Both the position numbers and the translations under genes were made by a program. Below are positions 55,922-64,000 of a stretch of 64,000 bases of DNA, piece after piece. This DNA is from the human T2T-CHM13v2.0 reference genome, Homo sapiens. The stretch lies in assembly GCF_009914755.1 (NCBI RefSeq), contig NC_060925.1, one strand, 5' to 3'. Every line of letters begins with the position of its first letter. Positions within the stretch are counted from its first letter, which is position 1. The notes beneath the pieces are model-generated. The model searched no databases. It worked only from the letters and a program-made list of their open reading frames with translations, and was not told the DNA's origin.

Positions 55922-56212
55922 TTGTCATCAGTGAACTGTGTTTGATGCCTTCTTCTATCTGGAAGAGATAGACAGACACCAATGGACTGCTAAAATGGAT
56001 TAGAGGCGTCCCTGCATCCAGGAACCCACAGACAATGCACAGTGTGATAAGTGCTATGAAACAACACGAGTTGGGGGGATAGGTGTGACACAGACAAAGT
56101 ACCCCTCCCCGTCTAATTAGAGGTGTTCAGAGAAAGCTTCCTGAAGGATAAATCCCAATCTGAAGCATAAAGATCAGGAGGATCCTGGAGATCCGAAGGA
56201 GTCATTGCTTCA

Positions 56213-56577
<365 letters not shown>

Positions 56578-57562
56578 TTAGAGGATACTTAATATGAGCT
56601 AGTCATCCTTGTTCTAATTTTGTAGATTGAGAGAACTGGAATTAGAAATCATGTGATTTATACAGTCACTCAGCACCTTGGCAGTGAGACTTGTGTCCAG
56701 GTTTTTTGACTACTAAACCAAGTCTGTTATTAGCAGAAAATCAGAATTATTTCTTAGGTTATATTTTGCTTTGCCAAGTATTTTGTTTCAAATTAGACTT
56801 GAGGGCCTAGTATAACTAAATTATTATACAAACTAGTTGTGTAACTCCTCTAGGCAAAAAAATTTGAGGTGACATTTGGGCCATTAGCAAAACATTTTCA
56901 GTTCACCAGTTCAGTAGAGTATTTGCCCAGGATTGTAATGAGTTATTTGTTCTAAGACCCTATCTATCTCACAAGGGCCTGTAGGACCATTGAGTGATAA
57001 AAGCTTGGAGAAGTCGCATTGACCTTGTCTGTACAGACAAAACACTAGATAGTTTGACTTGCCCATGAAACTGAACACAGCCAGGTGTGGTATGTGCCTA
57101 CAGTTCAGCTACTTGGCAGTCTGAGGCAAGACGATTGCTTGAGCCCAGGAGTTCCAGACATGCCTGGGCAGCATTTTGACCCCATCTCTTTAAAAAAAAA
57201 AACAAAAAACAAAAAACTAAACTTTGAATTATAATGATTATAATGTTGCTGAATCTCAGCACTGAGGCCTCAGTAGTGCCTATAAATCTTGCAAGTGGCC
57301 AGCAACAAAATAACCTGAAAAGATGAAGTTCAAGAAACAATCATACTAAGTCAAATGCCTTTTATTTTAACATTATTAACAGTGCAACACTTGAAAAGTT
57401 TAAAAATTGGAAACAAGTATTAGCAAACATCTTTAATTTTGCATATTTGTAACCAAAAAAACAAGGTATACAAAATCCCCTGAATTTGTACATGATGGTG
57501 TTTTTTTGACTTATAATCAACAATTGCCTTACTAAGAGTGATGTTCCTGAATTGTTTCCTCA

Positions 57563-57940
<378 letters not shown>

Positions 57941-58125
57941 TTATGATATACCTGTGGTTAATTTTTCTATCATGCTGCAGTAAAAGCAAGATGTAAATAC
58001 TGAGTAATATCACAAACATGTTTGAATCCTAAAAGAATTTATGTGACATGAGCCAGTAACCACTGAAAAAACAGCACAGGTCATAGGTGGTTCTTAGAAT
58101 CAGGATAATTTGGAAAATACTACAG

Positions 58126-58605
58126 CAGTGGTTCCATGAGCCAGCAGTGTCAGCATCACCTGGGAACTTGTTAGAAATGCAAATTCTCGGCAGGGCGCGG
58201 TGGCTCTTGCCTGTAATCCCAGCAATTTGGGAGGCCGAGGTGGGTGGGTCACAAGGTCAGGAGTTCGAGACCAGCCTGGCCAATATGGTAAAACCCCGTC
58301 TCTACTAAAAATCCAAAAATTAGCTGAGCATGGTGGCGGGCACCTGTAGTCCCAGCTACTCGGGAGGCTGAGGCAGAAGAATCGCTTGAACCGGGAGGCG
58401 GAGGTTGCAGTGAGCCAAGATCGCACCACTGCACTCCAGTCTGGGCAACAGAGCAAGACTCCGTCTAAAAAAAAAAAAAAAAGAAATGTAAATTCTCAGG
58501 CCCCACCACAAACCTGCTGAAACGAGGGGTTTGACTCAGCAATCCTTTAACAAGCCCTCCGGTTGATTCTGTCATGTATGCACCAAAGTTTGACGATCAT
58601 TGTAG
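58126..58605. mobile_element. MER5A (hAT-Charlie) split by an Alu with TSD AGAAATG(C/T)AAATTCTC
   Basis: CAGCATCACCTGGGAACTTGTTAGAAATGCAAATTCTC..AGGCCCCAC..TTAACAAGCCCTCC; similar MER5 relics at ~13610, 13940, 29400, 33246, 59950. Confidence 0.8.
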
Positions 58606-58860
58606 TACAGGTAGTTTCTCATGGAATCTGCTGGCATTTTTGGGTAAACACTTTTATAAAGACAGATTATTAGGTATAATAAAAGTAACTATATATGTTT
58701 AATATAATTCATAATATGAATGTGACTTTAGAATTTAGAAATAAATGGTTCTTGTATGGAACTTGTTAACATTTGAGAACACAGCATTCCACAGAATACA
58801 GTTTGGGAAATACTTCACTTGTATAATATATTTATTGCCTTAGTCAAAATTCTTTTTGTC

Positions 58861-58907
58861 CTCCGCCTCCCACTGCTTCACTTGACTAGCCTAAAAAAAT
58901 AAAAAAT
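58861..58907 (+). pseudogene. 5'-truncated Y3 RNA retrocopy with A-tail and TSD
   Basis: CTCCCACTGCTTCACTTGACTAGCCT equals the 3' end of hY3; A-rich tail; TSD AAAAT(T/C)CTTTTTGT at 58846-58859 and 58908-58921. Confidence 0.9.
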
Positions 58908-60099
58908 AAAATCCTTTTTGTTTACATGTAACAGAAACCAGCACTGGCTGTCTAAAGGGGAAGAAAAAGAGTAATTTACTGGAAGAAATAGGGGCTATTG
59001 TCTCACAGAATCTCAAGAAGATTTCAGCAAACAAGACTCAGGAAAAAAAGGGACAGCAGTAGCCAGAGGAGTTCTGTGAACTTACAGGAGCAGATCTGTC
59101 TAAGCAACTTCTAAACCCTCTGGGTCAGAATCGGGCTGGCTGGGCTGGGCGCAGTGGCTCCCCGCTGTAATCCCAGCACTTTGGGAGGCAAAGGCGGACG
59201 GATCACTTGATCCCAGGAGCTTGAGACCAGCCTGGGTAACATGACCAAACCCCATTTCTGCAGAAAATACAAAATAATAATAATAATAATAATAATGGCG
59301 GTACAGGCCTGCAGTCCCAGCTACCTGGGAGGCTGAGGTTGAAGTGAGCTGTGATCATGGCACTGTACTCCAGCCTAGGCAACAGAGTGAGACCCTGTTT
59401 CCAAAAAAAAAAAGAATCATTGGGGTGCTTTTTTTTATATATTTGAAAGAGTTCTATAGAATTTTATGCAGTGAAGTTATTTAACAATCGCAGAATTAAT
59501 GGAGCACTTTAAAATTATTTGCTCATTAAATCTCATATTTTTAGCAAATAGATCCATTCCATTAGTTTAATTTTATAACCATAGTAACCGAAGCAGGGAA
59601 TTGTGAAGTAACTTTCACAAGGTCACATGATCAGGTTTGTGCTGATCAAGGTCTTCACTTCAGAACTCTTGCTCCCACAACCTTGAGTTGCAGTTCCAAT
59701 CCAGTGCTTCAGTTGCCTATTAGCTAGCTCCCTCCTCAATCTGGGGGAGTGGGAGGTACATGGGTAGCGGGGTATGGGTGGTAAAGGCAAGGGCTCCTGG
59801 AAGTAAATATAGAAGTGCCAGCGGTTGGTGTTGGCATTAGCTTTTTGGCTGTAACATAAACCCCGTCAGCATGTCTATGCATGCCTATATGATGCAAACA
59901 CATGTTTGCAATAGAGGCTAGTTTGAGATTTTCACAACAGTAAGTCTAAAGTTGTAGTTCTCAGGCCGGGCGCAATGCCTCACATGTGTAATACCAGCAC
60001 TTTGGGAGACCGAGGCAGGCGGATCACCTGAGGTCAGGAGTTTGAGACCAACCTAGCCAATGTGGTGAAACCCCGTCTCTACTAAAAATACAAAAATTA

Positions 60100-60282
<183 letters not shown>

Positions 60283-60397
60283 TTAGCACAGGTGGCACAC
60301 TGAAATATGTGGAGAGCTTTAAAATCTCTTCCGCAGCTGGGCGTGGTGGCTCACGCCTGTAATCCCAGCACTTAGGGAGGCTGAGGCGGACGGATCA

Positions 60398-61181
<784 letters not shown>

Positions 61182-62048
61182 TGAGCTCAACGGAAACACC
61201 TGCCTCAGTCTCCCAAGGTGTTGGGATGACAGGTGTGAGCCACCACGCCCAGCTCAAAATCTTTAAATTTTTCTTCTTTTTTTTTTTGAGAGGAGTTTCA
61301 GTCTTGTTGCCTAAGCGGGAGTGCAATGGCACAATCTCGGCTCACCGCAACCTCACCTTCCAGGTTCAAGTGATTATCCTGCCTCAGCCTCCCAAGTAGC
61401 TGGAATTACACCAACACGCCCAGCTAATTTTGTATTTTTAGTGAAGATGGGGTTTCTTCATGTTGGTCAGGCTGTTCTTGAACTCCCGACCTCAAGTGAT
61501 CCACCCGCCTCGGCCTCCCAAAGTGCTGGGATTACAGGCGTAAGCCACCGTGCCTGGCCTAAAAAAAAAAAATTTTTTTAAGTAGCTGGATTTGATGGCA
61601 TTCAGATGTAGTCCCAGTTACTCCAGAGGCTGAGGCAGGAGTATCACCTGAGCCCAGAAGTTTGAGGTTACAGTGAACTATGATTGCACAACTGCACACC
61701 AGCCTGGGCAACAAAGCAAGAACCTGTCTAAAATAAGAAATAAAAGAACAACAAAGTGACCAGTATAGCTGGAGCAGAGTGAGCAAGCAGGAAAGACACA
61801 GGAAATAAGGGGCAAGAGCTGTATGTGAAGTTGCACACACCCTGTAGCAGCAAAATTTCTACTTCTGGACACTCCATTCCATTTGGTTTGATCCAATTGG
61901 CTGACTTTGGCCTGGTCTTATCAAGAAAAATAAATGCCTCAAGTTAATGAGTGAACAAGCAAATGTGTTAGTTAGAAAAGGCTGGATAATGACATAAGAA
62001 ATGCTAGTTGTTAAGTCTCATTCTGCCTGCCTTACACTTTTACCTTGA

Positions 62049-62318
<270 letters not shown>

Positions 62319-63085
62319 TAGTAGAGACGGGGTTTCACCATGTTGGCCAGGCTGGTCTCGAACCTGGACCTCAAGTGGTCCACCCATCTCGGCCTCCCAA
62401 AGTGGTGGGATTACAACTGTGAGCCACCGCACCCAGCCAATCATGAAGCTTTGAATACCATGTTAAGGAATCATGACCCTGTCCAACAGTTTTGAACTCA
62501 AGTTGCTACAGGGGCCAGGCAGGTAATGTAAATCATCAAGTCTTCCATTCGTTACTGTTACGGGAAGTGAGAAACCAAGTCTGGTTTGTGGGACCCTCGA
62601 ATGCAGTCTCAGTGTTACCAGAACTTCCTGTTTTCCAAGGGAAATCATAAATTGGAGATTTTAAAATCTTAGTAAATTCTTCAAACCCAGAAGACTGAAT
62701 AATATATATTAAGTAAACCAAATTCTGACCCATCGCATGTCCAAGTACAACCAGGACAATGCAAGACAGAAAGAGTTTTGTGCCCGGAAGTGTCTGGGTC
62801 AGAGTATTTTTGGATGTCTTTGCTTATCTGAGCTATTTATATTTGCCTCTCTTGTCACCTGTCTGATCCTGGCAGCCAGATTTTGGCCATTACTCAGCTC
62901 TGTTCTCACACACACCGACACCCCCACAAGGATAGCACAGGCCCATCTTAGGCATCAATAATGTTCACAGAAACAAACTTTCAAGAGTTTCGGCCAGGCG
63001 TGGTGGCTCACGCCTGTAATTCCAGCACTTTGGGAGGCCGAGGCAGGCAGATCACGAGGTCAGGAGATGAAGACCATCCTGGCTA

Positions 63086-63664
<579 letters not shown>

Positions 63665-64000
63665 TAGTCCCAGCTACCCCAGAGGCTGAAGCAGGAGGAT
63701 CATGTGAGCCCAGGAGTTTGAGACCAACCTGGGCAACACAGCAATACTCCCTCTCTTAAAAAAAAAAAAGCCTTAAATTTATTTGTTCATAGTCTTCAAC
63801 TCACGAATTTTTCTAGGAATTTAATTAATCAGGAATATAATTATTTAAGAGTTTTATCTCATCTTGAAATATGTGAAAAATTGGGAAGAAAACCCTAAAT
63901 GTTCTCAATAAGGATTAATAAATTATAGCATACATGAATAGTCTGCAACCATTAACAATTATATTTAAGGAATATTTAATATTACAAAAATTATGAAATG

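Overview
Alu-dense primate genomic DNA. The encoded proteins match the human sequences as I know them, and the gene order matches the chr1p35 block PTAFR-DNAJC8-ATP5IF1. Three genes are visible. (1) The complete 9-exon DNAJC8 gene on the minus strand (CDS 50833->19078; 762 nt, 253 aa; all GT-AG junctions and phases checked by hand). (2) The complete 3-exon ATP5IF1/ATPIF1 gene on the plus strand (54019-55813; 106 aa), with alternative 71-aa and 60-aa C-termini; it lies head-to-head with DNAJC8, about 3.1 kb away, and each gene has its own CpG island. (3) A probable upstream non-coding first exon and promoter of PTAFR on the minus strand (~11550-12200); positions 1-11551 would then be PTAFR intron. 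The rest is mostly Alu, old L1/L2/MIR, MaLR LTRs and DNA-transposon relics, and nearly all ORFs in the supplied track are Alu translations. The most notable structures are a ~1.27-kb tandem triplication in DNAJC8 intron 2 with chimeric Alu junctions, a 90-nt stop-free in-frame ATP5IF1 intron encoding a presequence-like peptide, a 44-bp minisatellite and an open uATG frame at the putative PTAFR promoter, a degenerate ~58-bp array, and a 5'-truncated Y3 RNA retrocopy. I found no convincing wholly new gene or system.
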